Both the position numbers and the translations under genes were made by a program. Positions 43,030 to 55,537 of a DNA stretch of 64,000 nucleotides are shown piece by piece (the first letter of the stretch is position 1; the number at the start of each line of letters is the position of its first letter). The DNA lies in NCBI RefSeq assembly GCF_036321535.1, contig NC_087453.1:124001-188000 (forward strand), in the 5' to 3' direction. Under the pieces are notes generated by a model. That model ran no database searches. It worked only from the letters and a program-made list of their open reading frames with translations, and was not told the DNA's origin. Source of the stretch: Camelus dromedarius. Taxonomy: Eukaryota.

Positions 43030-43322
43030 CGCCTCGGGGGCAGCGCCCCCAGCGCCCGCCGCGCCAGCCTCAGCCTCCCGGCCCGGACCCCAGTCCCGGC
43101 CGCCGCCGCCTCCCTCACCCGCCGCAGCAGACGCAGCCCTGCCGCGGGCGGGAGACCCTCCGTTCAAACCCCCGACCCCCGCGACGCCGCGCTGCATCCT
43201 GGGACACGTAGTTCCCGCGCCTGACCACCCTGCGCGCGCTCTCCCCTTTGCGGACCACAACCCCCAGGGGCCAGGCGAGCGCGCACAGCTTCCTGGGAAG
43301 TGTAGTCCTGAAACGGACGGCC

Positions 43323-43364
43323 GCCGGAGGCCCCCGAGGCCGGAGGCCCCCGAGGCCGGAGGCC
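43323..43364. repeat. 16-bp tandem repeat (gccggaggcccccgag x2.6) in the TCEA2 promoter
   Basis: Direct inspection. Confidence 0.9.
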
Positions 43365-43699
43365 TCGCAGTCCCACAAGCCCCCGCGCGGGCAGCTTAGC
43401 CGGCGGAGGGCGCTGAGGCAGCGCGGGGTCCAGAGGGGCCTGGGGACGGTGGTGCGGGGCCCGGCGCTCCTAGCTGGGAAGGCCCGGGTACGACTGCGCG
43501 GGGCGTCAGAGGCACGCTGGAGTCCGTTTACTCTCTCCGGGCCTGGATACTGGCCGCGGGGCCTCGTGCACAGGGAGGTGGAGGGGGCAGTCGCGGGGTG
43601 CTGGGTCTGGGAGACGCCCAGGCTGAGGCTAGGAAGGCGCCAGGGGGCCTGAAGAGGCGTGCGCAGGGCCCCTGTCTCCGAAGTCAGCTACCAGGTGCG

Positions 43700-43825
43700 A
43701 ATCCCGGGCTCTCTGTGCCTCGGCCTCTCCGTCTGTGAAACGGGGATGGTGGTAGTGCTTGCCTCACAGGGCAGCTGTCAGGATGATGAGAGCTGATTTA
43801 CGTCGTGCACTGAGAGCGGGTAGGG
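43700..43825. mobile_element. MIR fragment just upstream of the TCEA2 promoter
   Basis: 'ctctgtgcctcggcctctccgtctgtgaaacggggatggtggtagtgcttgcctcacagggcagctgtcaggatg' matches the MIR core (ctgtgcctcagtttcctcatctgtaaaatggggataata...cctcatagggttgttgtgaggat). Confidence 0.75.
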
Positions 43826-46800
43826 GACAGAGCACGAGCAGTTGGGTTGTCATCCCCGTTGCTGGTGGAGGCCCTGGGAAGGACAAGACTGCACTCAACT
43901 GGAGGGATGGCCCTGCCTCGGGAAGGCTGGGTAGAGGGGCACGGCCAGCACAACCACCAGACGTCTGCCACCTCCTCAATGATGCACAAGCTAGGTGGTC
44001 TGCCAGAAGGGGCACAACTTTGGTGGAGGGTAGAGGCCAGGGGACTGATGCCTAGTGTTGTGGGCCCCACAGTCACTGAAATTCAGGCCAAGTAACTGAG
44101 ACCAGGTGGCAGATGAGATGTCCAGATGACCATGCCTTGGACTCCCAGTGGCATTTAGACATGACAGCTTCCCAGCAGCCGAAGTGAAGAGAAACATGGG
44201 CAGTTATGAGATTCCTTAGTAATCATAAGAAAAATCATGGAATTTCTCATAGGCAGCAAAGACCTGTGATGGGTGAACACAGCACCAGTTTCCACACTAG
44301 CTCTGATCCTGCCCGTCACTGTAAACTGGGGCCATAGCTCTAGCCCAGCCCAACCAAACAAGTCTCCATAGCCAAAATCCCCTGGTCTGAGTGTTTGCAG
44401 CCTCTGAGGTTCTGACCACACCAGGGACACACGGAAGCTGGGAGGCACACACCCTTCAACCCTGCTCTCAATGGACCACTGGCCAGAGGAAGGAGCCCCC
44501 ACACAGGCAGGTATACATGGAGGCTGCCCAGTTAGGCCCCCCCTGACACACAGGGTTAAGTTGATTGAAGGACTGATTGGCGGTAATTTCCCCTCGGGAG
44601 ACCCTCTAGCACCATAACAGGGCGCTGTGAAATGCTGAGTTCAGCCATGGCTTCTGACCAAGGCTGGAGCAGAGGGATACCCACATGGAGCAGAACACTT
44701 GGCCTTGGCCCTCCGGAGCAGGCAAATACATGTCCGAGAAACCTCAAACAGCTTCCAGTCCCTAAGATTGGAGTCAGAAAGGAGAGGATGAGGACAGGCC
44801 TCTCAGAAGCATCACCGGGGCTTGTGGAAGGGTTTGAGCCACATGACCGGCCCCGGTGGAGGCACCAGTTAGGGCAGGGTCTGGTCGGTCAGCTTAGCCC
44901 CCGGGAGCAGGTCACTGTTCAGGAGCCAGCCCTGAGGCCAATCCCAACCTGATTTCCACAGGACAGATGAGGACAAAGTGCTCAGGAAAGGTCTGGATGT
45001 GCAGGCACCTGGGAAAACCAGCCTGAGAACTCGCCCCTCCCGTGCTGGGCAGACCACCCTGCGAGGGGCTGCCCCCATCCAGTGCCAGGGCTTTGAGGAA
45101 GGGAGGCTTCTGTGTGTGGCTGGGTTGGGTGTTTTAAACCACAAAGACTCTCAAACATGACCCCGGGAGCTGGTTAACAAGGAAGACCCCCTGCCTTCTG
45201 TATCCCCAGGGGTGGGGCCCTGGGGCTTTTGTCCTCTGACCACACGAAGCAGAGGCACAGGCCTCCAGCCTCCAGTGCCCTGGTTGAGCACTGAGCATCG
45301 GGCACCCAGAGGAGGGCGGGGGCTAAGGGGGCTGGGAGCTGTGTTCTGAGAGTGCAGAGAATGTAGAGCTGGTAGGTAGGTGAGTGGTGGTCAGGAGTCT
45401 GTACCCCAGCCCCTGTGCCCGTATCCAGGCTGCTGAGAGGGACAGAGCCAGTCGCAGGACAGGGACTGACTGCGGGGGACTGGGGCGGGTGAGAGGGAGT
45501 CAGGGACCAACCTTCCCATCAGAAAAGAAACCCAGTGGGAAGGTCTCTCCGTCTCCTTTGCTTTGATCTCGGGAGGTGGGGGATACTGTCCCTTCAGTTA
45601 CAAAGGAAGCAGTAACAGTGCTGGGACTGAGCCCAGCACACACTCGAGCCACTTTGTGCCGTGGTCATCCCGCTGACACCCCCACGTCCTGCTGTCACTC
45701 AGTGCTGCTGGGACTGCAGTGGTAAGAGGCACCTCAGTTTCTACATCACATGTTTTAGGAACTAATATGATAACTGTGTGTCCGTGTAACTGGTCTTCTG
45801 GTAACACTGAGTCTCGCTTTGAGCACTGCCCCGTGATGGGGCACCAAAGCGAGGACACAGAGGCGAGGAGGTGCTGTCAGCTGAGCACCAGGCCCTGCCA
45901 CTGCCCAGCCAGAGTGGAAATCCAGGCCACCCACCTTGGGCCCCCCTCCTTCAGGAGAAGCCTTGACTTCAGAGGTCCCTGGCAAGGGCCACAGAGACAG
46001 CTCACCGGGAGCCTCGCATGTCTCAGTGGACCTCGGCTGGAGCCCCGAGGCTGCAGACAAAGGGACGCCATGGCCCTCGAGAGTAATGGGCCCTGTGGGA
46101 GGAGGTCCCAGCTTGGGGAGGACGGGTGACAGGGCAGAGCAAATGGACAGGACGGCTGGGTGGGGGTGGGTGGCAGAGGAGGCAGGGTGCTTCTGAGCTG
46201 GGGACCTGGGAGCCGTAGCCCTTCCCTGAACCCTGATACAGGGCAGTCCTGCATAGAAGCCACCACCGTGGCGGGGGGAGGTGACCCCTTGCAGGGGGAG
46301 TGGGAAGTGGGAGTCCCGCGGGGTGACCTTGCCTTGCAACCTGCAGTACCCACATTGCGCAGAAGCCTCTAGGTGGTGGGAGTGAGCCACAGACCGGCTG
46401 CCGGCTAGGCATCCACCACTCCTCCCAGGAGGGCCGGTTGGTTCTGGCCACAACCGTGAATCAGCCAGAGTGGGACTGTGGTCAGTCCTGGAGAGTGGTC
46501 CTCACTTGTGGGGGCTGTAAGCAGGTCCCACCCTCACCAGGGCTCAAGCTGGAGAAGCACTGACTGACCCACTTCCCACCTTAGAAGTTCCTGGTCCCAG
46601 GGCCCCTCATGAGTTCACGACCCCGGAACCTTGCTCAGGACGCTCATGGCCCACTCAAGGCCCCTCGTGGACCCCACCCAACCCTGGGAACTTCTTCTTC
46701 CAAGGAACTCCCCCCAGCAAGCTGCCTGGGCACACAGACCCCCCTATGCCACCCTGGAGGATGACATGAAACCATGGGGTTCTCCTCTAGGGCATTTGTG

Positions 46801-49800
46801 TGAACCTGGCCATACCCACAGACCCGACTTGACGCCACCTCCTCTTTGCTGTGTCTCAGGTGTGCACAGGCATACAACCCGAGTCACATGGGGATGCGTG
46901 AAGCTACCCACGTGTGCACACACTGGGCACAGGACAGATCACACACACAGACACAGACGGACTGCCTGTGAGGTGTCTTGTCTCCCACGAACTGCTCAGC
47001 CTGGAGAACAGGGCCTGTGTTCCTTCCTCTGCCGTGTCTCTGGCCCCCAGACACCCAATAGGTGAAAGAAGGAACATGGCACTGGGGTGGTGGAGCTGGA
47101 AAGAACCAACACATACTGGCCACCACCCAGTAGGGGAGCCCCAAAGACGAGCCCCATACCCATCCCCAGAGAGGGCCCGCTCGCTGCTCTGGGCTAAACA
47201 CCTGACACACAGACCCTCCTAGAGCCAGGCAGGGCCCTCTCCCTGGGACCCCCAGGTCCTCCACCTCCTGCTGAGATGGGCCCAGGCAGAGGAGTGGGTG
47301 CGAGTGGACCCGATGAGGAGGTGCCAGGTGCCAGGCTGGGTTTGGAGACTGAGCCATGAGCATGTGGGGGGGGGGGTGGGCCTTCCGATTAGAGGTCAGA
47401 AGTGAAGAGGGATCAGCAAGGAGCAGGGGCTGAGCCGTCAGGGGCGCGGGGGTTGGGCAGCCAAGTTTACCTTCCCAGACCTACCAGTCTCCTTCTGCCA
47501 GCAAGCCCTCCTGGACACACCCAGGCCCACCGCCAGGGGGCCCCCTCCATTCCCACACCGGTCCGAGAAGCACTGGTAGAAGCCCCACTCCTGCCCCCAT
47601 CCCCCCAGGGTGGACGCCCAGCCCCAGCGCCTCCTTAGGGGTGGTGTCCCCTCCCGCAGGGTCCTCCATACTTGACCCCTTTACGGAGAGAGATATATGG
47701 GGCTGCTGGCAGGAGCCCCACTCTGCAGGGGACCTGGCCCGTTCCTGGGAGCTCTGAAGGGGCAGACAAAGCCCCAACAGGGGCCTGGGGACACCCCAAC
47801 AACACCCTCGGGGTCCGTCACACATGGGATTGGCTGCACCTTTAGCCCAGAGGCCAGCACCTCCCCAGTCCTCAGTCCGTGGAAATGTCGGAAGGTCAGG
47901 CCATTTATTTTTCTGTTTGTGTCCCCGACTGCTCACCTGCCCAAAGCCAGCCGTGACCCCAGCAGGTCGGACCCATGCTTCCCTTCTGGTTGAGGCAAGG
48001 GGCTCGGTGGGAAGGCCAGTGCTGCCAAACTCACATGGAGCCCCCACCCCCTCTTCCCCTGGCCCCAGGGGCAGGGAGCTCTTGCAGCCCTGGAAACCCC
48101 TACCCAGCCCCTGCCACCCCGTGGACAGCTGTCCCCCAACCCAGGCCCCCAGCTGTTTCTGCACCCCGTTTCATCAGACCCTCCAGCCCACCCTGAGGTT
48201 GCAGGTCCCCACCACAGAGGCTCTGTGGGGTTCTGGCCCCAGCCAACCCCACTGAGGCCTCTCTCAGATCCCAGCCACTGAGGTCGGGCAGGGCAGTGAC
48301 CCCGGGGACTAGATCCAGCAAGAGTCCCTGTCCCATGTGCCAGCACAGCAGCCCTCTCTCTGGGCCTCAGTCTCCCAGCCTGCAGAATGGGGAGAATGGC
48401 CCGCCCAGGGCAGCCTCTCGGAAAGTCCCCAGCCCAGCCTACAGCCTTGGCCCAGGCCCAGCTCCCTCCCCTAGAGGCAGCGCTTGGGGGCGGGAGGCAG
48501 GCGGCCTGTCCCCCTGAGGCCAGCAGCAGCTCTAACAATGCGCTTCCCCCTGCACAATTCCCAGAAACACCGCCCTCCCTGCCCTGCCAGCCCGCCAGCC
48601 TGGCGGCCACTCCACCCTCCCCTCCCCCTCCCCAGGGGCCCCCCCAGGCGACAGCAGGGCCAGGGGCTGCGGTGAAAGCAGGCGATCTGACTCACAGGGG
48701 TCCCTAAGGCAGTGCCTCCCCAGGGGTCCAGGCACACCGGCCCTGACCTCCGGAGGGAGACAAAGAAAACTCCTGGGAGAGGCGGATCACCAAGGAGGAG
48801 CCAGACCTTGGGAGGTCACCTTGGCCAGGCCTCAATCCCAGAGCAGACTCCTGCCCTTCTCTCCTGGCAGGGAGTTGGTGAGTCCACCCTTACAGCCTGC
48901 ACAGGGTCCCCACGTAGCAGCTGTACTGAAGCTGTAGAGAGCTAAGTCAGAGAATACCCTGCTCTGCTCAAAACCCACTCGAGTCAGAGTCTTCCTCAGG
49001 TCAGAAAGCAAGACCCTCCCAGGCCCCACATAGCCCCTCAGCCGTCCCCTCCCTTCTGCAAACTTCCCTGCCCCAGGACCTTTGCCCATGCTGCTCCCCC
49101 TGCAAAAAAAACACACTTCCCGTGTATCTTCTCATCTCTTTCACATGTTTCCTTCAGGGTTGGCCCACAAGCCCCTCAAGAAAGGACAGGCAGTGAGCAC
49201 CCTGACACGGCCCCTCTCCCCCACAGCTGGCAGCAGCCTGGCACCCAGTATCCTGGCCTGTTTGCGGACGTGTTAATTGTCTCTCTCCCACGGGCAGGGG
49301 CAGGGACTCGGGTCTGTTCTGCTCACTGCCAAATCCCTACCTCCTGGAATGGGGCCCAATCCGTGGTGGGTCAGTGTCCAGTGGATGGAGGAACAGAAGG
49401 ATGGATGATTCCTGTCCCCAAGCGAGAAGGGGTAGATGGTCCCCAAGAACACAGGCCTGCCTCCCAGCCCATCTGGCAGCCCCAACTGCTTGGGTCATCA
49501 AAGCCATTTGTTACCAAAGCCAGGGCACCAGCAAAAAAACCCTACACTGCAGTGCCCACCAGGGCCTTTTGGGCCAGTGACAACCCCCCCCCCAAGGGGT
49601 CTCTGCTCCTTCTTCCCAGGATTTGCAGGGCACATGCAGACTGTCAGCAGAGCCTGGCAGGAGAGGGAGGGGTAGGGTAGCATGGGCAGGGTAGGGGCTG
49701 GGATACCCAAGTGTGTCAACACAGGCCCCAGGCAGGGCACCCAGAGAGCCACATCTGCTCCACCAAGAGCCACCAAGGGGGACCAGGGCACAACTCCAGC

Positions 49801-52800
49801 GGGACCAGGACCCCTGCAGACCCAGGCCCGGGCACTGGTACCTGAATAAAGACAGGCTCACCAGCAGCTGCCCCGGAGCCCAGACTGAGAGCCTGGGGGG
49901 CAGAGTGGGGGCAGGGGCACTGGGCCTGGCCGACCAGCCGGGCCGGACAACTAGACAGACAGAGTGTCTGGCGCCTGCTCAGCCAGGCTGGCCCTCGGCT
50001 CCCTCCTCACAGCTGCGGCCTTCCTTCCGGAGCTGGTGTTTCCTGGCTCCTCCCTGCTGTTGCTGTGGAAACCTAGGGCAGCCTGGGCCCCCCCCCCTGT
50101 TCCCACGGAGCCCCCGCTGAGCACCGAGCGGAGCCCACACAGGACGCAGCAACACCCGAGGACACGCATGGCCCCAACACCCCGGGGCTCACATAGCTGG
50201 ACACCCCAACTCTTGTCCAGCACAGTATCCTCAGCATTTGGAAACAGCCTCTGTGACACCTGAGACCCACCCAAGTGACTGAACTGGACAGTCCACAGCT
50301 CATCTGCCCTGCGGCCACCGTACTGGGGGGCCTCCTTACACATGCTGCGTTCAGGGCCTCCACACCCACCAGGCCCTGTGCCCTCCCACACAGAGAAGCC
50401 CCATTCTTGGTCCTGCTAGCCAAACACAAAAGGCAGACCCCACCCCTGCACGACACCCCTATACTTGCAACTGCGCTGTCCTCTCCATGCAGCCAAGACG
50501 CCCACAGTAACAGCCCGACCACCACTGAGCACACAGACACCCAGCCCTGCCTGGGACCCCCAGGTCACAGGAAAGGGGCAAATTGTGCACTGATCCCAGC
50601 ACTCTTGAGAGCTACCGCCTGGCAAGTGTGGGCACCGTGCCAGTTTTCTCCAGCTCTACCCCAGCTGCTCTTTCCCAGGAGTGAGGCCCATGGTGCTTGG
50701 GAAGCCCAGCGGCTCTCTGCACACCAGGCCCAGCACCCAGGACTGAGAGCAGGAAGGCATGGGGCCAGGCAAGTCCGCTGTCCCCAGGCACGAGCCCCAG
50801 GGTCCACCTGCACCAGGCCTGCCCCTGTGAGACATGCCTGCACTGTGCACAAACCTGTGTCAGCTTGGTTCTAGGCCTTTGGACAGCCTCCCCAGAATCC
50901 TCATGCCCACCCCGCCCTCCTCCAGTCCTTGGCGCAGCCTCAAGGATGAGCAGGAGGACCCAGGCTAGGCCTGGAGCCCTGGCCTCCAGGACCACAAGGT
51001 AGGGTCTGAAATGGGCAGCCTGGCTCCAGAGCTGAGGTGTCAGGAGACCAGAGAGTCCTCTCCACCTGGACCCCACCCCCACCTCTGGGAGCAGGAGGGT
51101 CTAGCCCTGTGGGACTCAGTAATTGGTCCCAGCCCCAGCTACTCCGGCAGCAGCCGGGGCTGGGTGGGTGGGATCCTGTGAGGTCTATGCCCCGGGCAGC
51201 GCCTGGGAGGTCCGCCACCCCCAGAGCCCAGCCAATCCCCCACCCAGAGTCACTGAGGGATTTCCCAGCATCCTTTGTGGGCTTTGCCTGGAGCCTGGGG
51301 GTCTGGTCTAGGCTGAGGGAGGCAGTAGGCAGAGGGCCAGGAAAGCAGTGTCCACTGGCCACCCAGGCCAGCCCTCACTCACAGCGCAAGCTTGCCCTCC
51401 ATACCACCTTCTGTCCAGGGAGATGGGGGCTGCAGACAGGGCCTCCTCAAGGGTGGGTGGCAACAGACCTGGACCAGGCCAGCCTGAGGTGATCCTGAAG
51501 ACATAGGAACACCCCAGACTCTGAATCACCTCCACTGTGGATGAAGTGGGGGCCACAGCTTGGCAGCCAGAGAAATCGTGGGAACCCTCCCATGGTGGGT
51601 ATTGAGAGCCACAGCCTCCATTCTGCTCCTAGTGGGACTCTGACCAGTCTCACCCTCACACCCAGGCAGATACATACACACAGACCACACGCAGATGCAG
51701 ACACACACCTCTGAGGCACAGCCGGCCCCACCCTCGCCAGCCCTCCTGCAGCCCTGGGGAGTACCCTTGGCCCTGAGGTTCCCAGGTCAGGGCCACCCTG
51801 ACTGCAGCTCCCACCCCGTCGTTCTCCTGTCTGGACAGTGGGCTAGAGCCACCATTAGCACCCCTGCCAGACAGCACACAGGGGAGGGTACCTGACCTAG
51901 AGATGAGGAGTTACCCCAGGAGGCTCGCCCTTGCCTTGCCCAGCCCCAGCCCCAGCCCACAGGACGTGACAGCCAGACCCTTGAGTCCCACAGCTTAGCC
52001 AAGAGGGCTGGAGCCATCTGGGGTTAGGTAATTCTGGGCACTGCCCACCACTAGGCTCCCAGCTTGAACAACTCTGGGCTGTCAGGGGCCCCTAGGGGAA
52101 CCAAAACTCCATCCCACGGTAGGGGGCAGCAGTGGAGGACCCTGGAGGCCTCCTTCCCAAACCCAGTGATCCTCATCCCAGGTTAGCTGCTGCCCAGGCT
52201 GAACCAGTCCCTGGCGTCCCCAGGCCACACCCAGAAGACTGCAGGGAGAAGTAACCTCTGCTAAGCACCCGCCCCTTGGGTGATGAGTCTTCCTCACTCA
52301 TGTCTCCCCACAATCCCTGCAGGCTGCTCGGCCCACCCAGCCGCCCACAGCGGTCAAAGGGGAGCTGGCCCCGGGGCAGAGGCCTGTACACCTGTCCCCA
52401 AGGGCCCCCCATTCTTGCCTGCCTCCCAGAAAAAGTCAGTCTTCCCTTCTAGACCCAAGAGAAGCCACTTTGACTGCCCCAGTACACCAGCGTGGGCTGA
52501 ATCAGTGAATTAGGCGCTCAGGCCTGGGAGATCTGGAAACTAGTCTGGGACCAACCCTACGTGAAACACCTGACCTGGGGACAGGGCGCACACCCAACAG
52601 CGTCCGTGTGAGAACCCCTGTGGGGCACTGGCCTCTCCCCAGGACAGCTCAGGAGCAGATATGGGAGGGGGGAGCTGTAGGATCCACAGGGGACTCACCC
52701 CCTTCACAAGCACTGACTGTATGTGGCCTTAAGGGACTACCAGGGACAGAGTACTGAGAGCCTCTGGCCACACAGACCCAGGGTCACCGACACCCGTGGC

Positions 52801-53679
52801 CACGCACCATGGAGCTCCCAGCACTTGAGGGGTGAGGCTCCTCCCAGGCTACCAATGGATGTGCGGGAGGGAAAACTGATCCCTCCCCAGGGCTGCTGAG
52901 GGCACTCGTCCCACCTCTAGCAGAACCACCCTCAGCAGGAGGGGACTGGGAAGGAGACTGCCCCAGGAGAGACCCTGCAGTTTCTGGAGCCCAGACTCCT
53001 GGTGGGGAGGCAACTGCAAGGAGGCTGGAAGCTCCTCTGGACACCCTCCCACGTCTGATGGCCCCTTTCCCCCCACCTGCCGGAACCCGGGGTCCAGTCC
53101 TGCTCTTTTGCAGCAGCGCTGGCCCCGCTGCACAGGGGAACCCAGCTGCTACTGGTCCCAACCGGCCCTGGGGAGGAGGGTGGGACCTGGGGCTCCACCC
53201 ACTCTAGATCCCTCCCCTCTGGCTCTGGCATGGGTCCAGAGCATCTACCTTCTCCCTCCCAGTGGTACTCAGCTGTGGCCCACCTGGTTCCCATCAGTTC
53301 GGGAGTAGGGGCGGGGGCATGCCAAGACCATCTTTCCCTTTAACCCCATGAACAGGCCTGCGGGGGCTCGAAGCCCCCAGTGCTGCAAGTTCCACGTGTG
53401 GCTGGAGGATGGAGAAGCATGACGCCCTGGGGTTATCCAGGGCAGCTCCCCCAGGGCAGCTCCCCCAGGACACAGGGCACTTTTCCCAAGGCGTCCTGCC
53501 CTCGGAGTTAGACTCTATTGGGGAGGCAGCCTCCCCCAGTTACCGGTCGGGGGTCTGACTCTGGGTGGGGGGCAGCTCGTCTCTGAAAGTCTGACAGCCC
53601 CATGAACATACCCCCTTCCAAGTTTCAGGCCGTATCAGCCGCCCTTTCCCACTCGGGGGTCTCTCCTTTGGGGAGGATG

Positions 53680-53932
53680 CTGGGGTCGCCGTGCCTAGGA
53701 GGCCACAGCGGAATCCTACCGGGCGGAGAAGAAAGGAAGCCCCCAGGAGGAGGGGGCAGCCTAGGCCCGGCCCGCCCCGCCCCGCCCGCCCGCCCCACCG
53801 CCTATTGGCCCCGCGCCGCTATATCTGGGTGCCCACCCGGCGCGAGGCCACCGCCGTCGCCACAGCCGCCCCGACCGCCGCCCACTCTCCGCGCTCCCGC
53901 GCTCCATTCCGACCAAGCCGCGCCCAGCTGGA
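53680..53932 (+). promoter_or_regulatory. SOX18 proximal promoter / CpG island
   Basis: Run of CCCGCCCC GC boxes (53770-53796), inverted CCAAT (ATTGG, 53804-53808) and TATA-like CTATATC (about 53819-53825) upstream of the ATG. Confidence 0.7.
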
Positions 53933-55226
53933 ATGCAGAGATCGCCGCCCGGCTACGGCGCACAAGACGACCCGCCAGCCCGCCGCGACTGTGCATGGGC
54001 CCCGGGATCCGGGGCCGCCGCTGAGCAGCGCGGCCTCCCCGCCGCCCCCGCCGCCCTCGCCGCGCCCGCCGCGCCCGCTTCGCCGCCCAGCCCGCCGCGC
54101 AGCCCGCCGCGCAGCCCTGAGCCGGGGCGCTATGGCCTCAGCCCGGCCGGCCGCGGGGAGCGCCAGGCGGCTGACGAGTCACGCATCCGGCGGCCCATGA
54201 ACGCCTTCATGGTGTGGGCGAAGGACGAGCGCAAGCGGCTGGCACAGCAGAACCCGGACCTGCACAACGCGGTGCTCAGCAAGATGCTAGGTGAGTGGCG
54301 CGGGCGGGCAGGCTGGGCGGGGGTACCTCGCGCGGGGGTGGGCCAGGGCACACGCTGCGCTCGGCCGTCCGCCCGCCCGACGGCAGCCTGCTGACCCGCG
54401 CCGGTGGCCCGCAGGCAAGGCGTGGAAGGAGCTGAGCACCGTGGAGAAGCGGCCCTTCGTGGAGGAGGCGGAACGGCTGCGTGTGCAACACCTGCGCGAC
54501 CACCCCAACTACAAGTACCGGCCGCGCCGCAAGAAGCAGGCGCGCAAGGCCCGGCGGCCGGAGCCCGGCCTCCTGCTCCCGGGCCTGGCGCCGCCGCCGC
54601 CGCCGCCGCCGCCCGAGCCCTTCCCCGTGGCGACTGGCGCAGCCCGTGCCTTCCGCGAGCTGCCCCCGTTGGGCGCTGAGTTCGACGGCCTGGGGCTGCC
54701 CACGCCCGAGCGCTCGCCGCTGGACGGCCTGGAGCCCGGCGACGCCGCTTTCTTCCCTCCGCCTGCGGTGCCCGAGGACTGCGCGCTGCGACCCTTCCGC
54801 GCGCCCTACGCCACCGCCGAGTTGCCCCGGGACCCGGGCGGCTGCTACGGGGCGCCCCTGGCCGAGGCGCTCAGGACCGCGCCCGCCCCCGCCGCGCCGC
54901 TCTCCGGCCTCTACTACGGCGCCCTGGGCGCGCCCGGCCCGAGCCCGTACCCCGGCCCGCTGTCCCCGCCGCCCGAGGCCCCGCCGCTGGAGGGCGCCGA
55001 GCCGCTGGGTCCCACCGCCGACCTGTGGGCCGACGTGGACCTCACCGAGTTCGACCAGTACCTCAACTGCAGCCGGACTCGACCCGATGCCGCCGGGCTC
55101 CCGTACCACGTGGCGCTGGCCAAGCTGGGCCCGCGCGCCATGTCCTGCCCGGAGGAGAGCAGCCTGATCGCTGCGCTGTCCGACGCCAGCTCTGCCGTCT
55201 ACTACAGCGCGTGCATCTCCGGCTAG
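53933..55226 (+). CDS. SOX18: SOX-F HMG-box transcription factor SOX18, 389 aa; exons 53933-54290, 54415-55226
   Basis: Exons of 358+812 = 1170 nt, with the intron splitting the HMG box at [18 protein letters not shown]-terminus, HMG box [20 protein letters not shown]...YKYRPRR, EFDQYL motif and [16 protein letters not shown]-terminus. Confidence 0.98.
54591..54614 (+). repeat. (CCG)7-CCC coding repeat encoding Pro8 in SOX18
   Basis: Direct inspection; [15 protein letters not shown]. Confidence 0.95.
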
Positions 55227-55531
55227 GCCGCCGGCCGCCCGGCGCGCGCTGGTGTCGCCGTGCATCACCACTCTGTCTCTCTCACAGGTGTCTAACGCCG
55301 CTGCTTGTAGCAGGCCCGCGGGAACCAGCGAGGTTGGTGCTTGGCCACCCGCCCAGGGCGGCCCACAGGGGTGGCTCCCACTTGTCCCAGGGCTCTCCCA
55401 GGAAGCCCAGGCCTAGGACAGGTTAAGTTTTTGAAGCGCCTCATCCTTTTCTTGCAGTGTATTTTCCAGAACCAGGCTGTATTTTTTACTTTACTTTTTT
55501 TATATACAGAAAACAATATATTTAATTTTTA

Positions 55532-55537
55532 ATTAAA
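55532..55537 (+). terminator. Candidate SOX18 polyadenylation signal ATTAAA
   Basis: ATTAAA within an AU-rich tract about 305 nt after the stop. Confidence 0.65.

Noticed and set aside
54276-55271. 331-aa antisense ORF and 228-aa alternative-frame ORF over SOX18
   Set aside because: Very high GC suppresses stops; the G/A/R/P-biased sequence has no recognisable domain.
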